From positions 1 through 53,728 of the forward strand of contig DAOTWO010000347.1 of NCBI GenBank assembly GCA_034435855.1: a DNA stretch of 53,728 nucleotides, written 5' to 3'. This document shows positions 9,527-18,856 of this stretch, piece by piece. The stretch is from Thermomicrobium sp. (GTDB taxonomy: Bacteria; Chloroflexota; Chloroflexia; Thermomicrobiales; Thermomicrobiaceae). The first letter of the stretch is position 1; each line of letters starts with the position of its first letter. The notes under the pieces were generated by a model. It was not told the origin of the DNA. It searched no databases and saw only the letters and a list, made by a program, of their open reading frames with translations. A program made the translations under genes and the position numbers.

Positions 9527-10196
9527 GGAGTTCCTTCGTTTCGAGCAGCGTCTCCTCGAGCGTAACGAGCTTCTCGCAGAGCAGCTCCGTCGCTCCTTCC
9601 GCGAGGCTGGTGTTTTGACAGTCAACCTCATGTCCAGCCCTGGCGCTGGCAAGACAACGTTGCTTGAGGTAACGCTCGCATCACTCGCCGCGGTGCCTGC
9701 CGCAGTCGTCGTCGGTGATCTTGCGACGGAGAACGATGCTCAACGACTGCGCCCGCACGCGCGCTGGGTGCGGCAAGTCACCACTGGAACGGTCTGCCAT
9801 CTCGAGGCGGCGATGGTCGCCGCCGCGCTCGAAGGCAAAGAACTCCGCGAACTTCAGTACCTCTTCATCGAGAACGTCGGGAACCTTGTCTGCCCGGCGA
9901 GCTTCGATTTGGGTGAGGAGGCCCGTGTCGTCCTCTTCGCGGTTACGGAGGGGGAGGACAAGCCGGAGAAGTATCCGCCGATTGTTCACCGCGCCGATCT
10001 GGTGCTGCTGACGAAGAGCGATCTTATCCCGTATCTCAGCTTCGATCTTGAGCGCTTCCGCACTTCAGTGCAGCGTGTGAATCCGAGGGTACCTTGCCTT
10101 ACCCTCTCGGCGCGGACGGGTGAAGGCATCGAGGCCTGGGTGGCATGGCTCCGCGCACGGCGTGCCATGCTGGTGGGCGAGGTTCCGGAGTATTAA
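9519..10196 (+). CDS. hypB: Hydrogenase nickel incorporation GTPase HypB
   Basis: SSPGAGKTTLLE, CHLEA, ENVGNLVCPA, EGEDKPEKYP and TKSD motifs. Confidence 0.95.
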   Translation: MAEEFLRFEQRLLERNELLAEQLRRSFREAGVLTVNLMSSPGAGKTTLLEVTLASLAAVPAAVVVGDLATENDAQRLRPHARWVRQVTTGTVCHLEAAMVAAALEGKELRELQYLFIENVGNLVCPASFDLGEEARVVLFAVTEGEDKPEKYPPIVHRADLVLLTKSDLIPYLSFDLERFRTSVQRVNPRVPCLTLSARTGEGIEAWVAWLRARRAMLVGEVPEY

Positions 10197-10208
10197 AGGA
10201 GTGCTCTC

Positions 10209-10484
10209 ATGTGCCTGGCTATCCCCGGCCAAATCGTCGCACTCGAACCAGAAACACACCTTGCCTTGGTGGAGGTCCTCGGTGTCCGACGTCGAGTCAA
10301 CGTGGACCTGGTGTGGGATGAAGGACTGAGAGAGGGAGATTGGGTCTTGATTCATGTCGGGTTCGCTTTGAGTAAGGTCAGCGAGCAGGAGGCCGCTGCG
10401 CAACTTCGGCTCTTAGAGGCACTCGGGGAAGATGAACAGGCCATGGAGGAAGTGCGGGGGTATCTCTTCGATGTGGCCGAGTGA
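10209..10484 (+). CDS. hypC: Hydrogenase chaperone HypC
   Basis: MCLAIPG N-terminus; GDWVLIHVGFA. Confidence 0.96.
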   Translation: MCLAIPGQIVALEPETHLALVEVLGVRRRVNVDLVWDEGLREGDWVLIHVGFALSKVSEQEAAAQLRLLEALGEDEQAMEEVRGYLFDVAE

Positions 10485-10761
10485 TGTTCACCCGGAACTC
10501 GCCCAATACGGTAGCTGCACGCTTGATCAGGATGGCTGCACCACCTGCGGTGACCTCGCTGTCCCGGTGATCGTGCTCGCCATTGAAGGCCAGGAGGCCC
10601 TCTGCGAGGATCGTTGTGGGCAGCGTGCCCGTGTCGCCCTTGACTTTCTTGAGGATGTTTGCGTCGGGGATATCCTGCTCGTGCATCTTGGGGTCGCGCT
10701 GGCACGGATTCAAGGGGGCAACGAATGCGCTACGTCGATGAACTCCGTGATCCGCGACTGA
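10471..10761 (+). CDS. Second HypC/HupF-like chaperone with an N-terminal CxxC instead of MC; start uncertain
   Basis: GCTTCGDLAVPV...VGDILLVHLGVALA matches the HypC OB-fold C-terminal motif; lies between hypC and hypD. Confidence 0.75.
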   Translation: MWPSDVHPELAQYGSCTLDQDGCTTCGDLAVPVIVLAIEGQEALCEDRCGQRARVALDFLEDVCVGDILLVHLGVALARIQGGNECATSMNSVIRD

Positions 10762-11843
10762 TCCGTGCTGTGGCAGCCGAGATTGCTCGCCTGGCCGATC
10801 CTGATCGGCACTACCGGATCATGGAGGTCTGCGGCGGCCACACCCATGCGATCTACCGGCATGGGCTGGTCGAGCTCCTTCCGCCCAATGTTGAACTGAT
10901 TCATGGACCGGGCTGCCCAGTCTGTGTCTTGCCGATGGGACGTATTGATGATGGCCTGGCGTTGGCTGAGCAACCGAACGTCATCTTCACGGCTTTCGGC
11001 GATATGATGCGTGTGCCTGGTCGCCGTGGGACCCCTCTCGAGTACCGTGCACGGGGTGCTGATATCCGTATGGTTTATTCGCCGCTTGATGCACTCAAGC
11101 TTGCCCAGGCGCACCCCGAGAAGCATGTCGTCTTTTTTGCTATTGGGTTTGAGACGACTGCACCCTCGACGGCACTGACGCTTCAGAAGGCGAAGGCCTT
11201 GGGGATTCGCAACTTCTCCGTGTTCTGTAACCATGTCCTCATCGTGCCAGCAATTCGTGCTATTCTCGACTCCCCTGACATGCGGCTGGATGGGTTCATC
11301 GGGCCAGGGCATGTCTCGACCGTCATCGGCTGTCGGCCATACCTCTTTGTGGCGCGGGATTATGGTAAACCACTGGTGGTGTCGGGTTTTGAGCCCCTCG
11401 ATATTCTCCAGTCGATTCTCATGATCCTCAGGCAACTCGCCGAAGGGCGTGCAGAGGTGGAAAACCAGTACAGTCGCGTGGTTCCCTGGGATGGGAATCG
11501 TGCGGCACTTGCGGCAATGGCGGAAGTCTTCGAGCTCCGGCCGTACTTCGAATGGCGTGGCCTTGGGTTCATCTCCCAGTCAGCACTCAAGATCTCCGAG
11601 GCGTACGCTGATTGGGATGCCGAGCGGCAATTTGACGTCCCTGGTGTTCGCGTCACCGATCCCAAAGCAGCCCAGTGCGGCGAGGTGCTCAAGGGCGTGC
11701 TCAAACCGCCTCAGTGCAAGCTTTTCGGGCGCGAATGTACACCGGAACACCCAATTGGTGCGCTCATGGTATCCAATGAAGGCGCCTGTGCAGCCTACTA
11801 TCACTATGTCCATCGCTTGGCCGCCGCTGGGAGGGACGACTGA
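10725..11843 (+). CDS. hypD: Hydrogenase formation protein HypD
   Basis: MEVCGGHTH, GPGCPVC, GFETTAP, PGHVS and the C-terminal Fe-S cysteines (EGACAAYY). Confidence 0.97.
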   Translation: MRYVDELRDPRLIRAVAAEIARLADPDRHYRIMEVCGGHTHAIYRHGLVELLPPNVELIHGPGCPVCVLPMGRIDDGLALAEQPNVIFTAFGDMMRVPGRRGTPLEYRARGADIRMVYSPLDALKLAQAHPEKHVVFFAIGFETTAPSTALTLQKAKALGIRNFSVFCNHVLIVPAIRAILDSPDMRLDGFIGPGHVSTVIGCRPYLFVARDYGKPLVVSGFEPLDILQSILMILRQLAEGRAEVENQYSRVVPWDGNRAALAAMAEVFELRPYFEWRGLGFISQSALKISEAYADWDAERQFDVPGVRVTDPKAAQCGEVLKGVLKPPQCKLFGRECTPEHPIGALMVSNEGACAAYYHYVHRLAAAGRDD

Positions 11844-12883
11844 TGCGTGAGACGTCGGTGCAGCCTACCTTCCACGATGCCGTGATCGAGCTGGTCCACG
11901 GAGCAGGCGGTAAGGCGTCGCGCCGGCTGATCGAGGGCTTGTTCCTGCCCCTGCTTGCCAATCCGGCTTTAATTCCCCTGGAAGATTCAGCAATCATGTC
12001 GATCGAAGGGTTGCGCCTTGCATTGACCACTGATGCGTTTGTTGTCAAACCGTTGCGGTTCCCTGGTGGCTCTATCGGCGAACTGGCTGTGCATGGAACG
12101 GTCAACGATCTGGCAGTCAGTGGTGCTCGTCCCCTTGGACTCCTCGCGGCTTTTATCGTGGAGGCGGGGCTACCAAGCGAAGTGCTCCGGGCGGAGGTCG
12201 AAGCACTTGCGCGGGCAGCGCGTCGTGCTGGGGTGTCCATCGTCGGTGGTGACACCAAAGTGGTGGAACACGGGAAGGCCGACGGACTCTACATCGTGAC
12301 CGCAGGAGTTGGGCTCGTCGACCCGCGAGCTGAGCTTGGTGTTCACCGCGTCCGTCCTGGCGATCAGATACTGATCAGCGGCCCAATTGGAGATCATGGG
12401 ATCACTGTGCTGCTGGCGCGCGGAGAACTCGACCTCGAAGCCGATCTCGTTTCCGATACCCGCGCGCTAACGCCGTTCGTCGAGGCGCTGCTCGAGGCGG
12501 CAAGCCCTGGCCTTCACTGGATGCGGGATCCGACCCGCGGCGGAGTGGCAACCGCACTGAATGAGCTCGCGCGGGATGCTCGCGTGGCGATCACACTGGC
12601 TGAGGAAGCGATTCCCGTCCGCGATGCGGTACGGGGAGCCTGCGAGTTGCTCGGTCTTGACCCGCTCTATATTGCGAATGAGGGACAACTCCTCGCGGTG
12701 GTCGATCCTGCATGGGCAGATGCTGCCCTCGCAGCACTCCAGCGGGTGCCGGGTGGTGAGCAGGCAGCGTGTATCGGGGAGGTGCAGGAGCAACCTGCCG
12801 GTGTCGTCATCGTATCGACCCCGTATGGTGGCCAGCGCGTGATCGACATGTTGGTGGGAGATCCGTTGCCACGCATCTGCTAA
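11843..12883 (+). CDS. hypE: Carbamoyl dehydratase HypE
   Basis: HGAGG, GTVNDL, GGDTKVV, RDPTRGG and C-terminal LPRIC. Confidence 0.97.
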   Translation: MRETSVQPTFHDAVIELVHGAGGKASRRLIEGLFLPLLANPALIPLEDSAIMSIEGLRLALTTDAFVVKPLRFPGGSIGELAVHGTVNDLAVSGARPLGLLAAFIVEAGLPSEVLRAEVEALARAARRAGVSIVGGDTKVVEHGKADGLYIVTAGVGLVDPRAELGVHRVRPGDQILISGPIGDHGITVLLARGELDLEADLVSDTRALTPFVEALLEAASPGLHWMRDPTRGGVATALNELARDARVAITLAEEAIPVRDAVRGACELLGLDPLYIANEGQLLAVVDPAWADAALAALQRVPGGEQAACIGEVQEQPAGVVIVSTPYGGQRVIDMLVGDPLPRIC

Positions 12884-12912
12884 GCAACGCGTCGAGACGA
12901 GGAGTCGCCGCC

Positions 12913-14100
12913 ATGAGCAGGACGCTCACCTCGCTTGTCCGACAACGGCTCAGCGAGCGCAATGCCTGTTCACAAGCCTTTTTCCCGCGCGAAGCACCCA
13001 GACTCGCTACCATCTGCCGACAAATGGCGGAGCGTTTCCTTGAGGGCGGTCGTCTCCTCGCCTTTGGCCGCGGCCCCTACGCTACCGATGCCCAACATGT
13101 CTCAGTTGAGTTCATCCATCCCGTGATCGTTGGCAAACGTGCCTTGCCAGCCCTCGATCTGAGTCTTGCATTCCCGGAATGGAGTACTGCGGTTGCTCAA
13201 CCGAAAGACATGGCTCTGGGGTTTGGACCACCTGACGGGGACGAGCGTGTGCATGCGTGTCTTCAGGAACTCTGGAGCCGTGGAATCCTTACCCTGGCCT
13301 TGCCCGGTGAGGCGGGTACGGCCGATTATGCTGTCCAGGCTCCCTCAAGGAATCCATTTGTCCATCAGGAGTTGATCGAGATTCTCTATCACACGCTGTG
13401 GGAGACCGTGCATGTCTTCTTCGAGCATCGCCAGCTCGCGGGACACGATATCGGCGAGATGGCGACCCTCTACCCTTTCCTTGGTGGTGAATTCGTCGAC
13501 CTGCGTTCTGTCGAACCTGAGGTTGCCCGGTCCATTGTGGCCAAGGCTGAGGACGATGAGCGTCTGCGAGAGGAGCTTGCTCGCGAGCAGGCGGAGACGA
13601 TCGCTCGAGCTGCGACAGCAATTGCGGAACGGATCGAGCGTGGCGGAAAACTGATCTGCTTTGGAAATGGCGGTTCGGCGACCGATGCCAACGACCTGGC
13701 GCTCGATTGCGTGATCCCTCCAGCTGATTACCATCCCATCCCAGCAATCTCGCTCGCGCTGGAACCGGCAAATCTCTCCGCAATTGCCAATGACGTTGGC
13801 CAAGAGGTGATGTTTCTGCGCCAGTTGATTCCCCACGCCCAGCCCAACGATGTGGCGATTGCAATCTCAACAAGTGGGGGATCTCGTAACGTCATCTTGG
13901 CACTTGAGGAAGCGCGGAAACGCGGCCTTTTGACCATTGGCTTGCTCGGCTATGACGGCGGAGAAATCGTGCGCCGGCAACTGGTCGACTATGCCATTGT
14001 TGTCCACTGTGACTACATCCCACGAATTCAGGAAGTACAGGCCTCGGCTTATCACATCCTCCGTGAACTGCTGGAGGTTGTGCTCTATGGCTCAGCTTGA
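12913..14100 (+). CDS. Tandem SIS-domain (GmhA/phosphoheptose isomerase-like) protein inside the hyp operon
   Basis: Two SIS repeats: GRGPYATDAQH...HQE and GNGGSATDA...ISTSGGS...RIQEVQ. Confidence 0.88.
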   Translation: MSRTLTSLVRQRLSERNACSQAFFPREAPRLATICRQMAERFLEGGRLLAFGRGPYATDAQHVSVEFIHPVIVGKRALPALDLSLAFPEWSTAVAQPKDMALGFGPPDGDERVHACLQELWSRGILTLALPGEAGTADYAVQAPSRNPFVHQELIEILYHTLWETVHVFFEHRQLAGHDIGEMATLYPFLGGEFVDLRSVEPEVARSIVAKAEDDERLREELAREQAETIARAATAIAERIERGGKLICFGNGGSATDANDLALDCVIPPADYHPIPAISLALEPANLSAIANDVGQEVMFLRQLIPHAQPNDVAIAISTSGGSRNVILALEEARKRGLLTIGLLGYDGGEIVRRQLVDYAIVVHCDYIPRIQEVQASAYHILRELLEVVLYGSA

Positions 14101-14314
14101 ACTCTATGGGACACGGTGGTGTCCGTACACTGCTGAGGTGCGGGAAGACCTGCAGTGGCGCGGCCTGGCGTTTGTCGAGTACGACGTCGAGCTCGACGCC
14201 GTAGCGCGGGAGCGCTTGCTCAGCCTCACGGGAGGACGACGCGCCGTACCAGTGCTCGTTGAGGATGGCCAAGTGATTCGCATCGGGTGGCAAGGTCGTG
14301 TCTGCACCTTTTGA
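14087..14314 (+). CDS. Glutaredoxin-like protein with CPYT motif and C-terminal Cys-x-x-stop
   Basis: LYGTRWCPYT, EYDVE and VPVLV cis-Pro motif; ends RVCTF*; GGAGG RBS; overlaps both neighbours. Confidence 0.85.
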   Translation: MAQLELYGTRWCPYTAEVREDLQWRGLAFVEYDVELDAVARERLLSLTGGRRAVPVLVEDGQVIRIGWQGRVCTF

Positions 14315-16586
14315 CCGATTGACCAAACTCGCAGCGTACTCCGTCCGTGTCACTGGCATCGTGCAAGGGGTGGGCTTCCGCCCCTTTGTCTATCGCTTGG
14401 CCACGTCCTGTGGTCTGAGTGGTTGGGTGGCCAACGGTGAGCATGGAGTCGAAATTGTTCTTGAGGGGAACGAAGCGGCGATCCAAGCGTTCCTCCACGA
14501 GTTGACCACGCATCCTCCCCCAGCGGCGCGGATTGACCAAGTGGTCGTCCAGGCGATCGCTCCACGTGGCCTGACCGGATTCACGATCCGCGAGAGTCAG
14601 CGGCGCGAGCGCCCAACCACGCGCATTGCACCAGATCTCCCGGTCTGCGCAGATTGCCTGCGCGAGCTCTTCGACCCTTCTCATCGGCGCTACTGGTATG
14701 CCTACATCAACTGCACGAACTGCGGGCCACGCTACAGTATCGTGCTCGGTCTTCCTTATGACCGTCCGCGCACGACGATGAAAGACTGGCCACTGTGTCC
14801 AGACTGCGCCCGCGAGTATCACGACCCTGCTGACCGGCGCTTCCATGCCCAACCGGTAGCCTGTCCTGTCTGTGGCCCACAGTACCTACTCATCGATGCG
14901 CACGGGTTGCAACAGGCGCGCGGTCCAGCAGCTATCCAGGAGGCTGCAGAGTGGCTCCGCGCGGGACGAATTGTCGCGATCAAGGGGATCGGAGGCTATC
15001 ATCTGGCCTGTGACGCCCGAAACGTGGCCGCTGTCCAGACACTGCGCCAACGGAAGTTCCGGAAAGAAAAACCGTTCGCTCTGATGGTAGCCAACCTTGC
15101 AGCCGCCGCCGAGTTGGTGGAGCTGAACGATGCAGCCCGAGAGGTGTTGACCTCCCCAGCTCGGCCGATCGTGTTACTTCCGGCACGAGTGTTTCTTCCC
15201 GGAGTTGCGCCGGACAATCGCGAACTCGGGATTCTGCTGCCCTATGCTCCCCTGCACTTTCTGCTCTTTGCAGCTGGTGCACCAGCGGTTCTCGTGATGA
15301 CGAGTGGAAACCGCTCCGAAGAACCGATTGCCTTTACCGAGGACGACGCCTTCACCCGCCTCAGCGGTATTGCGGACGGGTTCCTTGTGGGCGAACGGCC
15401 CATTGCACGTCGCGTCGATGACTCCGTCGTGCGGATGACAGCCCTTGGGCCAGTCATCGTGCGCCGGTCACGCGGGCTTGCTCCGAGCATGGTCGCAACG
15501 CTCCCCACAAGCCGACCGATTCTGGCGGTAGGTGCTGATCTTAAAAACACGATCACCGTGGTGGTCGAGGGACAAGCGTTTGTGAGTCAGCATATTGGTG
15601 ACCTTGACCACTGGCCGGTTGTGGAGGCATTCACGGCCACCATTCGCGACCTTTGTGCAATGTATGAGGTGGAGCTCGAACAGGCGATTATTGCGCATGA
15701 TGCGCACCCGGCATATGTCTCGACAGATCATGCGCTTACGCTGCCTGGTCAGCATGTGGCAGTGCAGCATCATCGCGCACACATCGCGAGCGTGCTGGCT
15801 GAGCGTGGCTGCTGGTCCGAACGCATCATTGGTCTAGCCTTTGACGGTACCGGCTACGGTGATGACGGATCGATCTGGGGCGGTGAGATATTTGTCGGGT
15901 CACTGAGCGAAGGGTTCCAGCGTGTTGCTCACTTGCGGCAAGCGGTGCTTCCTGGTGGCGATGCGGCAGCCCGATGGCCAGTCCAAGCAGCGGCGGGGTT
16001 CTTCGTCGCCATTGAGGGCTTTCCGGACCTTACTGCTCCACCCTTTCGCTTCCCTGAGCAGTACGAGAAGGCACGTGAGTTAGTGGCTCGCGGCCTGCGT
16101 TGTTTTCCCACCACCTCAATGGGACGACTCTTTGATACTGTTGCGGCGCTTTGTGGTTTTACCCGATCGATCAGCTTTGAGGGCCAAGCTGCCATGTGGT
16201 TGGAGCATCTCGCGCAGAAGTCACCGCCGGTGCAGCCTTATCCCTTCCCATTGGCTGAGGGAGAACTGGACTTCCGCCCACTCCTGGCTGCAATTGTTGA
16301 GGATCGCTGTCGAGGACGGGATATCACCGAGATTGCGCGGGCATTTCATGAGGCAGTCGCAGCAGCGGTCGTGACGGTTGTTGTGGAGTACTGTGCGGCA
16401 TACCGTGCGCAACGGGTGGTTGTCTCTGGTGGTGTCTTCCAAAATGCCCTCCTGCTTGAACGGGTTGCGCAGCTCCTGCGGCCTCACCGGCTTGACTTGT
16501 GGATCAACCGCGCCGTACCACCGAATGATGGTGGCATCAGCCTTGGACAAGCAGCTCTCGCTGCCTGTCTTGGTATCGCCAGGTGA
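14298..16586 (+). CDS. hypF: Carbamoyltransferase HypF
   Basis: VQGVGFRPFVY acylphosphatase domain, two Zn fingers, KGIGGYHL, QHHRAH and NDGGISLGQ. Confidence 0.97.
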   Translation: MSAPFDRLTKLAAYSVRVTGIVQGVGFRPFVYRLATSCGLSGWVANGEHGVEIVLEGNEAAIQAFLHELTTHPPPAARIDQVVVQAIAPRGLTGFTIRESQRRERPTTRIAPDLPVCADCLRELFDPSHRRYWYAYINCTNCGPRYSIVLGLPYDRPRTTMKDWPLCPDCAREYHDPADRRFHAQPVACPVCGPQYLLIDAHGLQQARGPAAIQEAAEWLRAGRIVAIKGIGGYHLACDARNVAAVQTLRQRKFRKEKPFALMVANLAAAAELVELNDAAREVLTSPARPIVLLPARVFLPGVAPDNRELGILLPYAPLHFLLFAAGAPAVLVMTSGNRSEEPIAFTEDDAFTRLSGIADGFLVGERPIARRVDDSVVRMTALGPVIVRRSRGLAPSMVATLPTSRPILAVGADLKNTITVVVEGQAFVSQHIGDLDHWPVVEAFTATIRDLCAMYEVELEQAIIAHDAHPAYVSTDHALTLPGQHVAVQHHRAHIASVLAERGCWSERIIGLAFDGTGYGDDGSIWGGEIFVGSLSEGFQRVAHLRQAVLPGGDAAARWPVQAAAGFFVAIEGFPDLTAPPFRFPEQYEKARELVARGLRCFPTTSMGRLFDTVAALCGFTRSISFEGQAAMWLEHLAQKSPPVQPYPFPLAEGELDFRPLLAAIVEDRCRGRDITEIARAFHEAVAAAVVTVVVEYCAAYRAQRVVVSGGVFQNALLLERVAQLLRPHRLDLWINRAVPPNDGGISLGQAALAACLGIAR

Positions 16587-17067
16587 GACAGCCAGGCGTC
16601 CACTCTCTATCCGAAGAGCCTGTGCCAGTGAAAGTCGAGCGAGCCGCCAACGAGGAGTCGCCAGGCTGGGTGTACTCCGAAGCGGACGAGTGCAAGTCAC
16701 GCACTGAGCGCGAGCATGGCGGTGAGCAGATCGTTGACTGCTGCATGCGCGAGTTGCCGGAAGACACCAGCCACCAACGCGAGTGCTGCGACGTTCAGCC
16801 TATCGAGGTGCAAAGAGAGCCATGGTGAGCGGCGGAGCTGAGGCGCGAGTGGCCGGGACCGCGGCGACGTACTGGTTGGACCTGCTTCTTTGTCTGTGGT
16901 GCAGGCCTCTCGTGGCTCTCCGCTTCATGCATCCTGACTCGATGCCCTTGGTGTCTCTCCATCTCGTGCCCTGGTGGATGGTCCTGTACTCCGTGTTGCG
17001 CCGAGTCAGGAACATGAGTGAGTGCTCGCGTCCTTGCCCTGAGCCGTCCAGAGGTGAAGGGATCGTT

Positions 17068-17406
17068 CTGCACGGGGCAACCATTCATTGGATCCTCTGG
17101 CTGGTCATGCTGCTCTGCGTCATCCCGATTCTGGCAACTGGGCTCTTCCTCGGGCGGCGCTCTGACCAGACCGGTCCGGGTCGCTGGCACTGGCGCCTCA
17201 TCGGGGGCTTCGGAAGCATTCTCGGCCTCGGTCACCATCTCTACACGCTACGCACTGGCCCCCAACCGTCCATGGATGATCCCTACCTGACACTCCTCAT
17301 AGACAATATTCACGGCGCCTTTCTCTGGTACTGGATGAAGCGAGGAGTGCGCCATCGAGCCCACCGTGCCAGCAACAACGGATCCACCGTCGACATGGCT
17401 GGATAA
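17068..17406 (+). CDS. Small hypothetical membrane protein (about 3 TM); start uncertain (CTG 17068 or an upstream ATG)
   Basis: Hydrophobic segments; similar to the degraded copy at 18177 (GRR, GPxxxMDDP and AFxWxW motifs). Confidence 0.5.
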   Translation: MHGATIHWILWLVMLLCVIPILATGLFLGRRSDQTGPGRWHWRLIGGFGSILGLGHHLYTLRTGPQPSMDDPYLTLLIDNIHGAFLWYWMKRGVRHRAHRASNNGSTVDMAG

Positions 17407-17626
17407 AGCGATATCTCTTCGAGGTGTAGGCAGCGAGGACAAGCTGGACGTCGTTGAGTACCAACGATTGCCGCAAAGAATCCACTATTCGTGATTTTGA
17501 CAACGTCTCATCTCGGGTGACGATCACTAGACATTGCTTGGCATGCTCGTGCGCCTGGCGGCACCATTGCTGCTGGCGGGAACCTCCGTGGGGACCATAA
17601 GCGAGATGCTTGGCGTCGGGTGAGGA

Positions 17627-17944
17627 GTGATGAGGATGCAGTGGAACGAGTGGTATCTGCTCTTCTCTGCGATCGCCTACTTTGGCGGTGTTGCCCTCGG
17701 GATCGCAGTCAGCACATTCAGGATTGTACGACGCTTTCGTCATTTTCGCCTGCTCGACTGGGTCTACGAACTCTTCGTCGCTTGGCTCTTCATGGCAGCC
17801 CTCTGGCTGGGAATCCGCCAAGGGCCGATCTGGGATGCCGAATTGGCGGGGAGCCCGATTGGGCTGCGCAGCCTGGTTGCACTCGTCTGGGCAGGAGGCT
17901 CGATCGCTGGTGCCTGGTGGGTGGTCAGGCGATCCGCCGGCTAG
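17627..17944 (+). CDS. Small hypothetical membrane protein (about 3 TM)
   Basis: GAGGAG RBS near the start; three hydrophobic helices separated by basic residues. Confidence 0.65.
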   Translation: MMRMQWNEWYLLFSAIAYFGGVALGIAVSTFRIVRRFRHFRLLDWVYELFVAWLFMAALWLGIRQGPIWDAELAGSPIGLRSLVALVWAGGSIAGAWWVVRRSAG

Positions 17945-18176
17945 AGCGAACAGAAGGCCAGGAGGAAATCACAACGGGCATGAAGGCAGCGTGCCGTCTT
18001 GGGCTTGGCATGCTGGTCAGGACGCAGGGACAGGTTTGAGTGTACAAGCACTCGTCGTCTTTCCGAACCGAGGGATCTATGGGTCATGCAGCGTGAGGAA
18101 CGTGTGCCTGTCCAGGGTTGACGCAAGATGCGCGAGCGACCGCAGAGGGGTGAAGCCGGAAAGGGAGCGGATTGTT

Positions 18177-18465
18177 ATGCCGTCGGGAACGATCACCGAC
18201 ACGCTGGCTGATCTGGATGCTCAGCGTGCTTCTCCCGTTCGGGGTGAGGCGCTCATCGGCCGCCGGCTGAACCGGGGCAAGTCCAGCCGCTCGTATAGCC
18301 GGCTCCTTCGCGCGACCCCGTGCCTGGTCGAGTTCGTGCTGGTCGGCGAGAGCCTGTGGCACGGCCCATGGCAGTGAATGGATGATCCCCTCAGTGCGGG
18401 AGTGCAGGCTGCGCTCGCCGCAGCCTTCCCGTGGCCCTGGCTCACGCTGCGAACTCGACGCCGAG
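18177..18465 (+). pseudogene. Degraded paralogue of the 17068 membrane protein; end approximate
   Basis: AAGGGAG RBS and ATG; an alternate frame reads WLIWMLSVLLPF; in-frame TGA at 18375-18377 directly before MDDP. Confidence 0.45.
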
Positions 18466-18778
18466 CGAGCTGCACCGGTAGAGCGGTAGCTCCGCCCGTG
18501 GAACCGCCTGACCTCCCGAGCGCTCCCAAAGCCGGGCGTGGAGGCCCGAGCTCCCGTGCGACGCCAACTGGCCAGCGAAGGATTGCTCGATCTGTTCGAG
18601 AGTTGACACGAGGCGACAGCATTGTGCCTGACAATGGGAGTTGCCCCGGTTTAGGGCACAGTGAGCAGCCTGGTTGAACCACACCCCCGTGCAAGCGTTG
18701 TGCCGTCCCCCTTGAAGGACCTACCGGCTGCTCGGCAAGAGACAAGCACGTGCTTCTCTTGTGCCTCTAGGGCAACTC

Positions 18779-18807
18779 TTGACTGCGAACAGGTGTTCTA
18801 TTACGAT
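18779..18807 (+). promoter_or_regulatory. Sigma70-type promoter of the mutagenesis cassette
   Basis: TTGACT (18779-18784), 17-nt spacer, TACGAT (18802-18807). Confidence 0.8.
18786..18799. promoter_or_regulatory. LexA (SOS) box, Gram-positive/Chloroflexota type
   Basis: CGAAC-AGGT-GTTCT within the promoter spacer; a second, degenerate box CGAAC-GAAT-GTGCG at 18813-18826. Confidence 0.85.
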
Positions 18808-18856
18808 GAATCCGAACGAATGTGCGAGGCACGGTGGGGCACGGAAAGGAGGACAC

